Source: Minisyncoccota bacterium
GTDB lineage: Bacteria; Patescibacteriota; Minisyncoccia; Phycocordibacterales; JABAAK01
Reading direction: 5' to 3'
DNA length: 64,000 nt
Assembly: GCA_965222235.1 (NCBI GenBank)
Contig: OZ244939.1
Coordinates: forward strand, 7,924-71,923
Shown here: piece by piece, positions 47,276-56,887 of the stretch
Numbering within the stretch: the stretch's first letter is position 1
Layout: each line of letters opens with the position of its first letter
The notes under the pieces: generated by a model
Database searches by the model: none
What the model saw: only the letters and a program-made list of their open reading frames with translations
What the model was told of the DNA's origin: nothing
Position numbers and translations under genes: made by a program

Positions 47276-47491
47276 ATGCAAAGCATGACATGCAAATTCG
47301 CAATGACTGTATCACTCATCGGTGCCCTTAACTGGGGTGTTGTGGGCGCAACAAGCCTGTGGTGGGAAAGCAGGTTTGATCTCGTTGATTGGATCGGACT
47401 AACGGCCGGTTCGCAGACTGTCGCCGATATCATTTATATCGTGATCGGTCTCAGCGCGGTTATTGTTCTGATGACGATGCGCGGGCGGTAG
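47276..47491 (+). CDS. DUF378-family small membrane protein
   Basis: LIGALNWG.VG...FDLV...IIYIVIGLSA. Confidence 0.82.
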   Translation: MQSMTCKFAMTVSLIGALNWGVVGATSLWWESRFDLVDWIGLTAGSQTVADIIYIVIGLSAVIVLMTMRGR

Positions 47492-47506
47492 TATAATTCG
47501 CTGCGG

Positions 47507-47548
47507 TACAAAACACACAGTCCTTTCGGAGGATTGTGTATTTTTGTA
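47507..47548 (+). terminator. Hairpin terminator (possibly bidirectional)
   Basis: TACAAAACACACAGTCCT-TTCGG-AGGATTGTGTATTTTTGTA. Confidence 0.6.
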
Positions 47549-47558
47549 TACTGTTCGT

Positions 47559-48224
47559 ATGGATACAAGAAAACAGAAAGAACGCATCGCGCGCGTAAAA
47601 CAGATTATTAAAACGCTGAAAAAACATTACCCGGATGCCAAGCTTGCCCTGAAATATACCACGCACTGGCAGTTGATGGTGGCGGTACAGCTCTCCGCCC
47701 AGTCAACTGATAAAAAGGTGAATGAAATACTGCCGGGGCTGTTTAAGCGGTATAAAAATGTCCGGGAGTTTGCCGATGCGGATCTGGGCGAGCTGCAGGA
47801 GGCAATCAGCTCCGTGCTGTATTACAAAAATAAGGGAAAAAATATACAGCACGCGGCGCAGAAAATTGTCGCCGATTACAACGGCAGACTGCCGAAGACA
47901 ATGGAGGAAATGCTCACCATACCCGGAGTGGCGAGAAAAACCGCCAATGTGCTACTCGGCACCCTGTTTCATATCATTGAAGGGATCACCGTTGATACGC
48001 ACATGATTCGTTTTGCGCGACGGTTTGATCTGACTGACTATACCGACGCAGTGCGCATAGAAAGGGATTTGATGCAGGTTGTTCCCAAAAAGGACTGGTA
48101 TCGTTTCTCCTATCTCGTCATTGACTACGGCAGAACCTGCGGGAATCCGCGCGGTAAAAGGGAACTGCACGGGCAGGATCCGCTCATTGCGATATACCCG
48201 AAGGCAAAAAACTACTGGCCGTAA
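47559..48224 (+). CDS. nth: Endonuclease III (form without Fe-S cluster)
   Basis: LSAQSTDKKVN, HhH motif IPGVARKTANV and VDTH; lacks the C-terminal four-Cys motif. Confidence 0.9.
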   Translation: MDTRKQKERIARVKQIIKTLKKHYPDAKLALKYTTHWQLMVAVQLSAQSTDKKVNEILPGLFKRYKNVREFADADLGELQEAISSVLYYKNKGKNIQHAAQKIVADYNGRLPKTMEEMLTIPGVARKTANVLLGTLFHIIEGITVDTHMIRFARRFDLTDYTDAVRIERDLMQVVPKKDWYRFSYLVIDYGRTCGNPRGKRELHGQDPLIAIYPKAKNYWP

Positions 48225-48946
48225 ATATCACGCTCCGTCCAGTCGCCGATCCTGATTCTTTTAATTGCGGTCGTTACGGTCGGATAGCCGATGCGTCTGC
48301 CGATTTCATTGACAACAGCACGTACATAAACGCCCCCGGAGCCCTCCAATACAGCTGAAAAGCAGGGTATATCAGCATTCCGCACACCCCGCCAGTCGTC
48401 TGTCACCGCCTCCTGCCTGAAATCTCCCCTCACAAGAGCGACATGCCCTGCGGCTGTATCCGCCAATGTGCGGGTGTTGCAGCGTTCTTCTGCGGTGAGG
48501 GTGTGCCGCGGGATGTATACGGTCCGCTCCGGCACCGCCAGGCACTCCGCTGTGCCGCGGCGGGCATGGATGAACAGCGGTATGCCGTTAACCGTTTTTG
48601 AGGAATACGGCGGATAGGGGAGTGTAATCTCACCGGTCAAATCTGAAACGGCATCGCGCACGCGTGAAACAACATCCCCCCGTATCCGATCAGCGGAGGC
48701 GGTAATGCGCCCGAGACAGTCATACGTATCTGTCGCTATACCCACGGCAAAGGAGTATTCATACACTTTGGTAAGATGAAAATATTTCTTTGCATGTCTG
48801 CATTCCTCGTCGGTGAGTACCAGGAGCAGTCCCTCAGCCATCGGATCAAGCCGGCCGGCATAGGTATATTTATCGTGAGCGTCTCCTAATATTCTGCGCG
48901 CGCATGCAAGAGGAGTCTCTCCGATCTTTTTATACACGATATACAT
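48212..48946 (-). CDS. truB: tRNA pseudouridine(55) synthase TruB-like
   Basis: YKKIGETP, YAGRLDPMAEGLL, K.YEY....G..TDTYD, YP.YSS and G.YVR. Confidence 0.85.
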   Translation of the reverse strand: MYIVYKKIGETPLACARRILGDAHDKYTYAGRLDPMAEGLLLVLTDEECRHAKKYFHLTKVYEYSFAVGIATDTYDCLGRITASADRIRGDVVSRVRDAVSDLTGEITLPYPPYSSKTVNGIPLFIHARRGTAECLAVPERTVYIPRHTLTAEERCNTRTLADTAAGHVALVRGDFRQEAVTDDWRGVRNADIPCFSAVLEGSGGVYVRAVVNEIGRRIGYPTVTTAIKRIRIGDWTERDIYGQ

Positions 48947-49106
48947 ACAATACTGACAGTATATCAAGCGTGTATTGTTTTTCTTATGCAGCATTCACGC
49001 TTTGTAAATAATGAATTTATTTACAATATACACATGTGTCGTTTATTTTTTTTTCTATGCTATTATATGGGTAATAGGGTAACAGAGAAGGACGTCAACC
49101 CTAGGA

Positions 49107-49148
49107 GCGACAACCACCGTTTAACGGTGGTTGTTGTGTTTTTATTTT
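49107..49148 (+). terminator. Rho-independent terminator
   Basis: GCGACAACCACCGT-TTA-ACGGTGGTTGTTGT followed by a T-rich tract. Confidence 0.65.
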
Positions 49149-49235
49149 CCCCCGCAATACGCTATTATGTAACCATCCGTTCTTGACACATGAAATATAA
49201 CACCTTGTGTATAGCTGTGTTCTAAGAGCGGATAC

Positions 49236-49306
49236 TGCCGGGTCGTCTAGCGGTAGGACGCTTGGTTCTGACCCAAGTAACCGGGGTTCGAATCCCTGCC
49301 CGGCAG
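49236..49306 (+). tRNA. tRNA-Gln (CTG)
   Basis: TGCCGGG/CCCGGCA acceptor stem, CTTGG-TTCTGAC-CCAAG anticodon arm and GGTTCGAATCC. Confidence 0.94.
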
Positions 49307-49341
49307 CCGGTATAGGAAGTACAGTCCGTTGTATCAGCGGG

Positions 49342-49414
49342 TCGGGGAGCCGGGATTCGAACCCGGAATCACCCGCACCCAAAGCGGGTATGTTAGCCGT
49401 TACACCACTCCCCG
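49342..49414 (-). tRNA. tRNA-Pro (TGG)
   Basis: CGGGGAG/CTCCCCG acceptor stem, CCCGC-TTTGGGT-GCGGG anticodon arm and GGTTCGAATCC; convergent with tRNA-Gln. Confidence 0.94.
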
Positions 49415-49700
49415 TCAGCGTCCAATTCGTATCACCACCATACCACATGTGGTGTAAAAATGATATGTTGCGCGCGTCTGAATACGGCGGAATGTATATT
49501 CCTTTTTATCGCGCGGTTGTCATAAACATGTGCGTGCAAGAAATATTTTCTGCGCTGTTCTGTGACAAGGAAGCGTTTTTTGCGAAACAATGAAGAAAAA
49601 AGTTTTCCACATACTTTAACAATAACCTGTAAATGTGTGCAATTTGTTATCATAATACAAGTAGACCTACCTAGGTCAATTAAAAATTTACACGAAAAAA

Positions 49701-49967
49701 ATGAAAAAGCGCCGAACAACTAAAAAGTCTTCAGCGAAGAGGACGACGACCAAGCGCCGAACAACTAAGAGGTCTTCAGCGAAAAAGAGGTCAACGACCA
49801 AGCGCCGAACAATGAAAAGGTCTTCAGCGAAGAGGACGACGACCAAGCGCCGAACAACTAAGAGGTCTTCAGCGAAAAAGAGGTCAACGACCAAGCGCCG
49901 AACAACGAAGAGGTCTTCAGCGAAGAGGTCAACGGCCAAGCGCCGAACAACGAAGCGACGCAGGTAG
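49701..49967 (+). CDS. Protamine/histone H1-like basic repeat protein
   Basis: 88 aa: 45 K/R, 35 S/T and no acidic residues. KRRTTKRSSAK(K)R repeats come from alternating 45/48-bp DNA repeats. It has its own terminator. Confidence 0.75.
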   Translation: MKKRRTTKKSSAKRTTTKRRTTKRSSAKKRSTTKRRTMKRSSAKRTTTKRRTTKRSSAKKRSTTKRRTTKRSSAKRSTAKRRTTKRRR

Positions 49968-49994
49968 TCTGTAAAGAACCCTACCATGGTTGGA

Positions 49995-50027
49995 GTAAAA
50001 GCACCCGCTTTGGGTGTTTTTACTTTT
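49995..50027 (+). terminator. Rho-independent terminator after the histone-like gene
   Basis: GTAAAAGCACCC-GCTTT-GGGTGTTTTTAC followed by TTTT. Confidence 0.7.
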
Positions 50028-50062
50028 ACAGACCGGCTCAAATGTGATATGATGTGCCGTAT

Positions 50063-52351
50063 ATGCCGTTATTGGATATATTTTTTGGTACAGAGTCAAG
50101 CCGATATATAAAGGGGGTGAAGAAGACGGTAGAGAATATTAATACATATAAGGAGCGTTTCTCGGCGTGCAGTGACGGGGAGCTGAAACAGAAAACCGAA
50201 GAGTTCCGCAAACAGCTGAAATCGGGAAAAACACCGAACGACATACTGCCTGAAGTGTTCGCCGTCGTTAGCATTGCCACGAAGCGGACAACCGGCATGA
50301 ATCCCTTTGATGTTCAGTTCATGGGATCCATGGTGCTTCATAAAGGTGCTATTGCCGAGATGCGCACCGGTGAGGGAAAAACGCTGGTGGCCGTGTCCGC
50401 CGCGTACCTGAACGCGCTGACCGGCAATCCGGTTCATATTGTCACGGTGAATGACTATCTTGCCCGTCGCGATGCCGTCTGGATGGGGCAGATATTTGCC
50501 TCTCTCGGCATGTCCGTCGGCACTATCAACGGTCAGAACATGTCATATCAGTATGATCCGGGACACCGGGAAAAAGACGCGGAGCGGGATACAGTCGGCG
50601 GATATAAGATTGTCTATGATTTTTTACGCGAGGTGACCCGGCAGGATGCCTACCGTTGCGATGTCGTCTACGGCACGAACAATGAGTATGTGTTTGACTA
50701 TCTGCGGGATAATATTGAATATGACCGTGCGAATATCAGGCAGCGCGGGTTTCACTTCGCCATTGTTGACGAAGTGGATTCCATTCTCATTGACGAAGCC
50801 CGCAGTCCTCTCATCATCTCAACTCCGGCACAGATACCGGCATCCCAGTATACGCAGTTTGCGGCATTTGCGGGGCAGCTTGCCGAGGGCGATGACTATA
50901 CCATCGATGAAAAACAGCGCGCCGTGTCGCTCACCGCGGCAGGGATAGAAAAGTTTGAAAAGGCCATGAAGGTTCAGAATGTGTATGTTGAGGGCGGACA
51001 GCGGAGCATCCACTATCTGCAGAACGCCCTGAAGGCGAAATCACTGTTCAAGAAGGATAAGCACTATGTTGTTCAGGACGGCACCATCGTCATTGTGGAT
51101 GAATTTACCGGTCGGCTGCAGCCCGGACGGCAGTGGAGCGACGGCATGCACCAGGCGATAGAGGCCAAGGAAAAAGTTGCCATTCAGCAGGAAAACCGCA
51201 CCTATGCATCCATCACCTATCAGAACTATTTCAGAATGTATGCCAAGCTCTCCGGCATGACCGGCACAGCACTTTCTTCCGAGGAGGAATTTTATAAAGT
51301 ATACAGTGTTCCGGTTATCAGCATACCGACGCACAATCCGTCGCAGCGGACGGATCACCCCGATATTATTTATCAGACACACACCGCGAAACTTCGGGCG
51401 GTGGTGAAAAAAATACGGGAATTGCATGAAAAAAGACAGCCCATTCTCGTCGGCACCGCCTCCATAGAGCATAATGAAGAACTCTCAAAGCGGCTCAAGC
51501 GGGCAAAAATACCGCACGAGGTGCTGAATGCGAAAAACCATGAGCGGGAAGGTGAAATCATCGCGCAGGCGGGGAAACGGGGGATGGTTACCATCGCAAC
51601 CAATCTTGCCGGAAGAGGGGTTGATATTAAGCTCGGCGGCGGTGAAGGGGATGATGTACGGGAGCGGAACAGGGAAATACAGGAATTAGGCGGATTGTTC
51701 GTGCTCGGCACCGAACGCCATGAGTCCCGCCGGGTTGACGATCAGCTGCGCGGCCGCTGTGGCCGGCAGGGCGACCGGGGCGAAACACAATTTTATATCT
51801 CCCTTGAGGATGATTTAACCCGGGTGTTCGGATCGGAAAAAATACTGCAGATGGCTCAGCGGCTCGGGCTGCCGGAGGATCAGGCGATCCAGAACAGAAT
51901 GATATCCCGATCAATTGAGGGCGCGCAGAAGAGGATAGAGGGACATCATTTTGATGCCCGCCGATTCAGTCTGCAGTATGATACGGTGCTCAACAGGCAG
52001 CGGGCGGAAGTGTATAAGGAGCGGCAGAGTATTGTGTTGGATACGGACGGTACCGCCGTTTCTGCATATATACATGACGATGACAGAGAGGCGCTTAACG
52101 AGCGTCATGGAGAAAAGAGTGCGGAGGCGCTCCGCACATTGATTCTGAGAAGTATTGATATGACCTGGATGGAGCATCTTGAACTGATGGATTATGCAAA
52201 AAGCAGTGTCGGACTGCGCTCATACGGGCAGCGTGAGCCTCTGATGGAGTACCGCAAGGAAAGCAATCGGTTGTTTGACGGCTTTTGGGATCAGGTGCGC
52301 CGGCATGTCGCGGAGCAGGTTTCGGCTGCGCAGGAGCAGACCGCCGAATGA
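50063..52351 (+). CDS. secA: Preprotein translocase subunit SecA (short, no C-terminal Zn finger)
   Basis: AEMRTGEGKT, VTVNDYLARRD, DEVDSILIDEAR, ATNLAGRGVDI and QLRGRCGRQGD. Confidence 0.96.
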   Translation: MPLLDIFFGTESSRYIKGVKKTVENINTYKERFSACSDGELKQKTEEFRKQLKSGKTPNDILPEVFAVVSIATKRTTGMNPFDVQFMGSMVLHKGAIAEMRTGEGKTLVAVSAAYLNALTGNPVHIVTVNDYLARRDAVWMGQIFASLGMSVGTINGQNMSYQYDPGHREKDAERDTVGGYKIVYDFLREVTRQDAYRCDVVYGTNNEYVFDYLRDNIEYDRANIRQRGFHFAIVDEVDSILIDEARSPLIISTPAQIPASQYTQFAAFAGQLAEGDDYTIDEKQRAVSLTAAGIEKFEKAMKVQNVYVEGGQRSIHYLQNALKAKSLFKKDKHYVVQDGTIVIVDEFTGRLQPGRQWSDGMHQAIEAKEKVAIQQENRTYASITYQNYFRMYAKLSGMTGTALSSEEEFYKVYSVPVISIPTHNPSQRTDHPDIIYQTHTAKLRAVVKKIRELHEKRQPILVGTASIEHNEELSKRLKRAKIPHEVLNAKNHEREGEIIAQAGKRGMVTIATNLAGRGVDIKLGGGEGDDVRERNREIQELGGLFVLGTERHESRRVDDQLRGRCGRQGDRGETQFYISLEDDLTRVFGSEKILQMAQRLGLPEDQAIQNRMISRSIEGAQKRIEGHHFDARRFSLQYDTVLNRQRAEVYKERQSIVLDTDGTAVSAYIHDDDREALNERHGEKSAEALRTLILRSIDMTWMEHLELMDYAKSSVGLRSYGQREPLMEYRKESNRLFDGFWDQVRRHVAEQVSAAQEQTAE

Positions 52352-52395
52352 GACCGTGTTTTGCCGAACTGCTTTATCATCGTATACTGTAGGTA

Positions 52396-52728
52396 ATGGT
52401 AAAGAGTGTGCTGCATATCCTGACAATCGCCGCGGTGCTCCATGTCGCCCGGGAAGTTGGGATTATTATACTGGAGACGGAGTTGAATCCGTACCTGTCT
52501 TTCGCCGCACTGCTCGCAATATTCGCAATAAATGAACTTGTTGTTCATCCGATACTGCGGTTGGTGCTGCTGCCGATTCGACTTATCACCTTCGGCATCG
52601 CCTCCACCCTGATATCCGTCGCCCTTGTCTATGCGGTCGTCCAGCTTTACCCGCCGCTCACCGTGTCGCTGATATATATATTTCTGCTCGGATTCATATT
52701 CGCGCTGCTGCAGAAAGCATTCAAATGA
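52396..52728 (+). CDS. Four-TM phage-holin family (YvlD-like) membrane protein
   Basis: N.LV.PIL.LV.LPI.LITFG motif and four hydrophobic segments. Confidence 0.72.
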   Translation: MVKSVLHILTIAAVLHVAREVGIIILETELNPYLSFAALLAIFAINELVVHPILRLVLLPIRLITFGIASTLISVALVYAVVQLYPPLTVSLIYIFLLGFIFALLQKAFK

Positions 52729-52739
52729 TACCATGATGT

Positions 52740-53708
52740 ATGTTTATTGATGAAAGAACAATCACTATCGCAGGGGGTAAGGGCGGCAACGGCGTGGTGC
52801 ACTGGCATCGTGAAAAGTTTCTCGCCCGGGGCGGCCCTGACGGCGGCAACGGCGGTGACGGCGGTGACGCGTATCTCGTGACCGTTCGCGATATCCGCGC
52901 GCTTGAGCGCTATCGCGAAGGAGAGATTGTGTCGGCGCAGGACGGTATGCCCGGTGAGGCAGCGCTGCGCAGCGGAAAAAACGGCGATGATTCCATGATA
53001 CGTGTTCCTGTCGGATCAATTGTCACCAACATGAACACCAAAGAGCGGTTTGAGCTCATGGAAGAGGGGCAGCGGGTCATGGTTGCGGCAGGAGGAAGGG
53101 GCGGTCTCGGCAATGCGCATTTCAAAAGTTCGGTCAACACGACGCCGAAGACGGCGACCCCGGGAGAACCTCCGCAGGCATACCGTTTCCATATTGAGCT
53201 GAACATTATCGCCGATGTCGGTATCATCGGCCTTCCGAATGCGGGGAAATCAACATTGCTCAATACGCTGACGAATGCAAAGGCACGCGTTGCGTCGTAT
53301 CCGTTTACCACACTTGAGCCGAACCTCGGCATATTTCACGGCTATGTGCTCGCCGACATTCCCGGCCTCATTGCCCACGCTTCGGAAGGGAAGGGACTGG
53401 GACACACTTTTTTGCGGCATATTGCACGTACCCGGGCGTTGCTGCACCTTGTCGCGGCTGATGAGCCGGATGTTGCCGAAGCGTACCGCACCATCCGCAA
53501 TGAGCTGGCATCATATGATCCGGCACTTTTAAAAAAGAGGGAGGTCGTGGTTCTTTCAAAGGCGGATACAATTGAACAGGAACGCATTCCGGATCTTCTG
53601 AAACAGCTGCCGGAAGGCACGGTGCCGCTGACCGTACTGGATGACGAATCCGTTACATCGCTCAGCGGGGATATATCCCGCATGATCACAAAAAATACGC
53701 CGCAATGA
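52740..53708 (+). CDS. obgE: GTPase ObgE/CgtA
   Basis: Gly-rich Obg domain GGPDGG.GG.GG, G1 GLPNAGKST, YPFTT, DIPG and SKAD. Confidence 0.95.
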   Translation: MFIDERTITIAGGKGGNGVVHWHREKFLARGGPDGGNGGDGGDAYLVTVRDIRALERYREGEIVSAQDGMPGEAALRSGKNGDDSMIRVPVGSIVTNMNTKERFELMEEGQRVMVAAGGRGGLGNAHFKSSVNTTPKTATPGEPPQAYRFHIELNIIADVGIIGLPNAGKSTLLNTLTNAKARVASYPFTTLEPNLGIFHGYVLADIPGLIAHASEGKGLGHTFLRHIARTRALLHLVAADEPDVAEAYRTIRNELASYDPALLKKREVVVLSKADTIEQERIPDLLKQLPEGTVPLTVLDDESVTSLSGDISRMITKNTPQ

Positions 53709-53803
53709 TGAAGAGAGTAATAACGGTACATACTCACACCGTCCCGACCGGAGGGGTGTGATGTGCACCACGATATGTATACACCTATGCTACACTGACC
53801 GGT

Positions 53804-55969
53804 ATGTACCTCAGGGAGATTACCATTGAAGGGTTCAAATCATTCGGCAAAGCCGCCACCCTGTCATTTCCGACCCGAACCACCTGCATCGTCGGCCCGA
53901 ACGGGTCGGGTAAATCCAATGTCACCGAGGCCTTTCGATTCGTGCTTGGCGAACAGTCAATGAAATCCATGCGGGGAAGGCGGGGGGAGGATCTCATCTT
54001 CAACGGCGGGGAAGGGGCAACGCGGGCACAGCGGGCATCGGTGAGTATTGTGTTTGATAACAGCAGTCGTGTGCTGAACGACACCTTTGACACCGTTACC
54101 GTATCCCGCACCGTCTATCGCGACGGGACAAATGAATACGGCATTAACGGCACCCAGGTGCGCCATCGGGATGTGATTGAAATGCTCGCCCGGGCAAATA
54201 TCGGTACAACAGGCCACCATATTATCTCTCAGGGCGAAGCCGACCGTATGTTGAACAGTTCGCCCGAGGAGCGGAAGGAAATCCTTGAGGACGGTCTCGG
54301 GCTCAAACTGCTGCAGTACCGCCGCACGGAAGCGGAAAAGAAACTGAACCGCGCGCAGAAGAATATCGCCGAAACCGACCTCATACTCCGTGAGATACTG
54401 CCGCACATGCGACACCTAAAACGGCAGGTTGACCGGTATGAAAAGTCGCGTGTGATACGGAAGGATCTTGAAGATATGTACGCGGAGTATTTTGTCCGCG
54501 AGCTGCACTATCTTACACGGCAGAAGAAAGAGCTGGAGGAACAGCGCGGTATTCTCAGGAAACGCGTAGATGATTTGGAGAAAGCCGTATCTCAGGAGAA
54601 GAAGCGGACATCAAGCGCGGTCGCTGATGATCTGAACATGCGCATGCGGGATTTGCAGGAGCATATTCAGGAAATCAGGAACAAGAAAGATACCGCCGTT
54701 CGTGAACTCGGACGCCTGGAAGGGGAGCGGAACGCCCTCACTGCGTTCACCGAAACCGCCGCTGAAGCCGCCATTGAGCGGAAAAAGATTTCCGATGTGT
54801 ATGAAGATATACAGAAACGCGCCGATGTCGCCGAACAATCCGACTATCCTGCCGTCATCGCCTACATTATCCGGCAGATCGGCGCACTGCTTGAGACGGG
54901 CGGTATTTCCGATGACAGCGCGACCGCAAAACGGCGTGAAAAGCTGGAAAAGGAGTGCGTTGCGGCAAAGGGGCGTATTGAACTCCTGGAGAAGGATGAA
55001 AAGGATTATCTGCAGCGGCAGAATGCCGTACGCTCTGAACAGGAAGAAACCATCAGCAATCTTAAACAGTCGGAACAGACGCTTGTTGCGCGCATGACCG
55101 AGAAAAACACCGCGGAACAGGAGATGGCTGATATTAACCGCGGCATATCCGCACTGCATGAGGATGAAAAGGAAGTGCAGTTGGAGTTGCGGGAAGGCGC
55201 GGTTCTTATCGGATCCGCCGTTAATCGGTACAAAGAGATATCGGTGCCGAACGATGCCGCGGCAGAGGAGCGGCAGCAGCAGAAAAAGCGGAAGCGCCTC
55301 CTGGAGCGGAAGAAGATAGAGTTGGAAACGGTCGGGACCGGCAGTGGGGAAGAGGTGTACCGGGAATACGGGGAGGTGTCGGAACGGATGACCTTCCTGA
55401 ACAGGGAAAAGGAAGATCTTGCAAACAGCATTCGGGACTGCGAGAAGTGCATTGACCGTATACAAAAAGAAATAGATGTCCGCTTTCAGAAGGGCGTGAA
55501 GAAGATAAGCGGGGAATTCGAATCATTTTTCAGGATACTTTTCGGCGGCGGCAGGGCGAGCATCAGTATCCAGAAAAGGAACATTCAGCATGAAGACGGA
55601 GAGCCGGAGGAGCGCGTCGGCGTTGCGGTGCAGGTATCACTACCGAGAAAGAAGATACATTCGCTGGAGCAGCTCTCGGGCGGGGAACGGGCGCTGGTCT
55701 CTATCGCGCTGCTCTTTGCGATTTCACAGGTCACACCCCCGCCGTTTCTCGTTCTTGATGAAACCGACGCGGCGTTGGATGAGGCGAATTCCCGGCGGTA
55801 CTCCGATATCATTGAAACGCTCGCGAAGCGATCCCAGCTCATTCTGGTTACGCACAACAGGGAAACGATGCACTGCGCCGGTGCGCTGTACGGAGTGACC
55901 ATGAATTCAGGCGGCGTTTCCACATTGCTCTCCATACATTTTGAAGAAGCTGTTCAGGCGGCGAAATAG
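53804..55969 (+). CDS. smc: SMC-family ATPase, short (721 aa), no recognisable hinge domain
   Basis: GFKSF, Walker A GPNGSGKSN, Q-loop IISQG, signature LSGGE, Walker B LDETDAALD and H-loop VTH. Confidence 0.88.
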   Translation: MYLREITIEGFKSFGKAATLSFPTRTTCIVGPNGSGKSNVTEAFRFVLGEQSMKSMRGRRGEDLIFNGGEGATRAQRASVSIVFDNSSRVLNDTFDTVTVSRTVYRDGTNEYGINGTQVRHRDVIEMLARANIGTTGHHIISQGEADRMLNSSPEERKEILEDGLGLKLLQYRRTEAEKKLNRAQKNIAETDLILREILPHMRHLKRQVDRYEKSRVIRKDLEDMYAEYFVRELHYLTRQKKELEEQRGILRKRVDDLEKAVSQEKKRTSSAVADDLNMRMRDLQEHIQEIRNKKDTAVRELGRLEGERNALTAFTETAAEAAIERKKISDVYEDIQKRADVAEQSDYPAVIAYIIRQIGALLETGGISDDSATAKRREKLEKECVAAKGRIELLEKDEKDYLQRQNAVRSEQEETISNLKQSEQTLVARMTEKNTAEQEMADINRGISALHEDEKEVQLELREGAVLIGSAVNRYKEISVPNDAAAEERQQQKKRKRLLERKKIELETVGTGSGEEVYREYGEVSERMTFLNREKEDLANSIRDCEKCIDRIQKEIDVRFQKGVKKISGEFESFFRILFGGGRASISIQKRNIQHEDGEPEERVGVAVQVSLPRKKIHSLEQLSGGERALVSIALLFAISQVTPPPFLVLDETDAALDEANSRRYSDIIETLAKRSQLILVTHNRETMHCAGALYGVTMNSGGVSTLLSIHFEEAVQAAK

Positions 55970-55989
55970 TGTGTATACTGTTTCCTTAT

Positions 55990-56415
55990 ATGCAAAAGAA
56001 AAAGACACAGGAATCACACAGTCCGCGTATCGGAAAGTATGCCTGCGCCGTTAAGCGGTCATCCACCGGTCTCGGTCTCTTCGCTCAGGAGGATATACCG
56101 AAAGGGAAATTCATTGTTGAGTATTACGGACCGGTACTTACACCGAAGGAGGCTGATGATAAACAGGGGAAGTATCTGTTTGAAGTCAGTAGCCGGAGGG
56201 TGGTGGACGGCACGTTGCGCTGCAATACAGCACGGTACATCAACCATTCCTGCGCGCCGAACTGTAAGGTTGATATCGTGAAAGGGAAGATATATGTGTA
56301 CGCGAAGCGGCGTATTCGGTCGGGTGAGGAGTTTGCGTATAATTACGGCAAGGAGTATTTTGATGATTTTATCAGACCGCACGGGTGCCAGTGTATAAAG
56401 TGTATGAGGAAATAA
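55990..56415 (+). CDS. SET-domain protein-lysine methyltransferase with post-SET Cys motif
   Basis: GLGLFA, ARYINHSCAPN, GEEFAYNYG and CQCIKC. Confidence 0.92.
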   Translation: MQKKKTQESHSPRIGKYACAVKRSSTGLGLFAQEDIPKGKFIVEYYGPVLTPKEADDKQGKYLFEVSSRRVVDGTLRCNTARYINHSCAPNCKVDIVKGKIYVYAKRRIRSGEEFAYNYGKEYFDDFIRPHGCQCIKCMRK

Positions 56416-56440
56416 TACATGTGGTAAGGTAACTGTATAT

Positions 56441-56881
56441 ATGGAAGGAATATCATTTAGTCTGTTATTGAGGGAGGCATTCGCCCTGCTGCCGATTCTG
56501 CCCTGGATTTTTATCATCATAAGCGCCGTCATCGCATATTTTTTTGGTTGGCTGTGGTTTGGCGTATGGTTCAAGAAGAAATATATGCAACTTATACAAA
56601 ACAAGAGTAAGAAGACAAACTGGACGGCAATGGTTATTCAGTTTCTCGGTCTGTTCACGCTTGCGTATTTGATTGGCATCCTTTCACTGTTTCCGGGAAT
56701 GTTGCTGCTCGGCACTGATGCGCTGCTGGGAGTGATACTGCTTTTATCATTAGCGGGAATACTGTTCGAGCGCGGTAATACCCGCGATGCCGTTCGTTTC
56801 TGGCTCATCACCGCGGGATATGAGTGCGCAGCCGTCCTGATTATGCTGCTCATCATCGGCTCCTCCTATTATGTTATATAG
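56441..56881 (+). CDS. DUF1761-like membrane protein
   Basis: AYFFGWLWF..WF..KYM and ITAGY motifs; four TM helices. Confidence 0.65.
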   Translation: MEGISFSLLLREAFALLPILPWIFIIISAVIAYFFGWLWFGVWFKKKYMQLIQNKSKKTNWTAMVIQFLGLFTLAYLIGILSLFPGMLLLGTDALLGVILLLSLAGILFERGNTRDAVRFWLITAGYECAAVLIMLLIIGSSYYVI

Positions 56882-56887
56882 TTGCGC

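Noticed and set aside
49688-50041. Minus-strand repeat ORF (VVRRLVVDLFFAEDL) or CRISPR-like repeat
   Set aside because: It is the antisense shadow of the basic repeat gene; the terminator and ATG context favour the plus strand, and there are no spacers.
52396-52728. Prophage, suggested by the holin-family gene
   Set aside because: This family is commonly chromosomal; it is flanked by secA and obgE with no phage genes.
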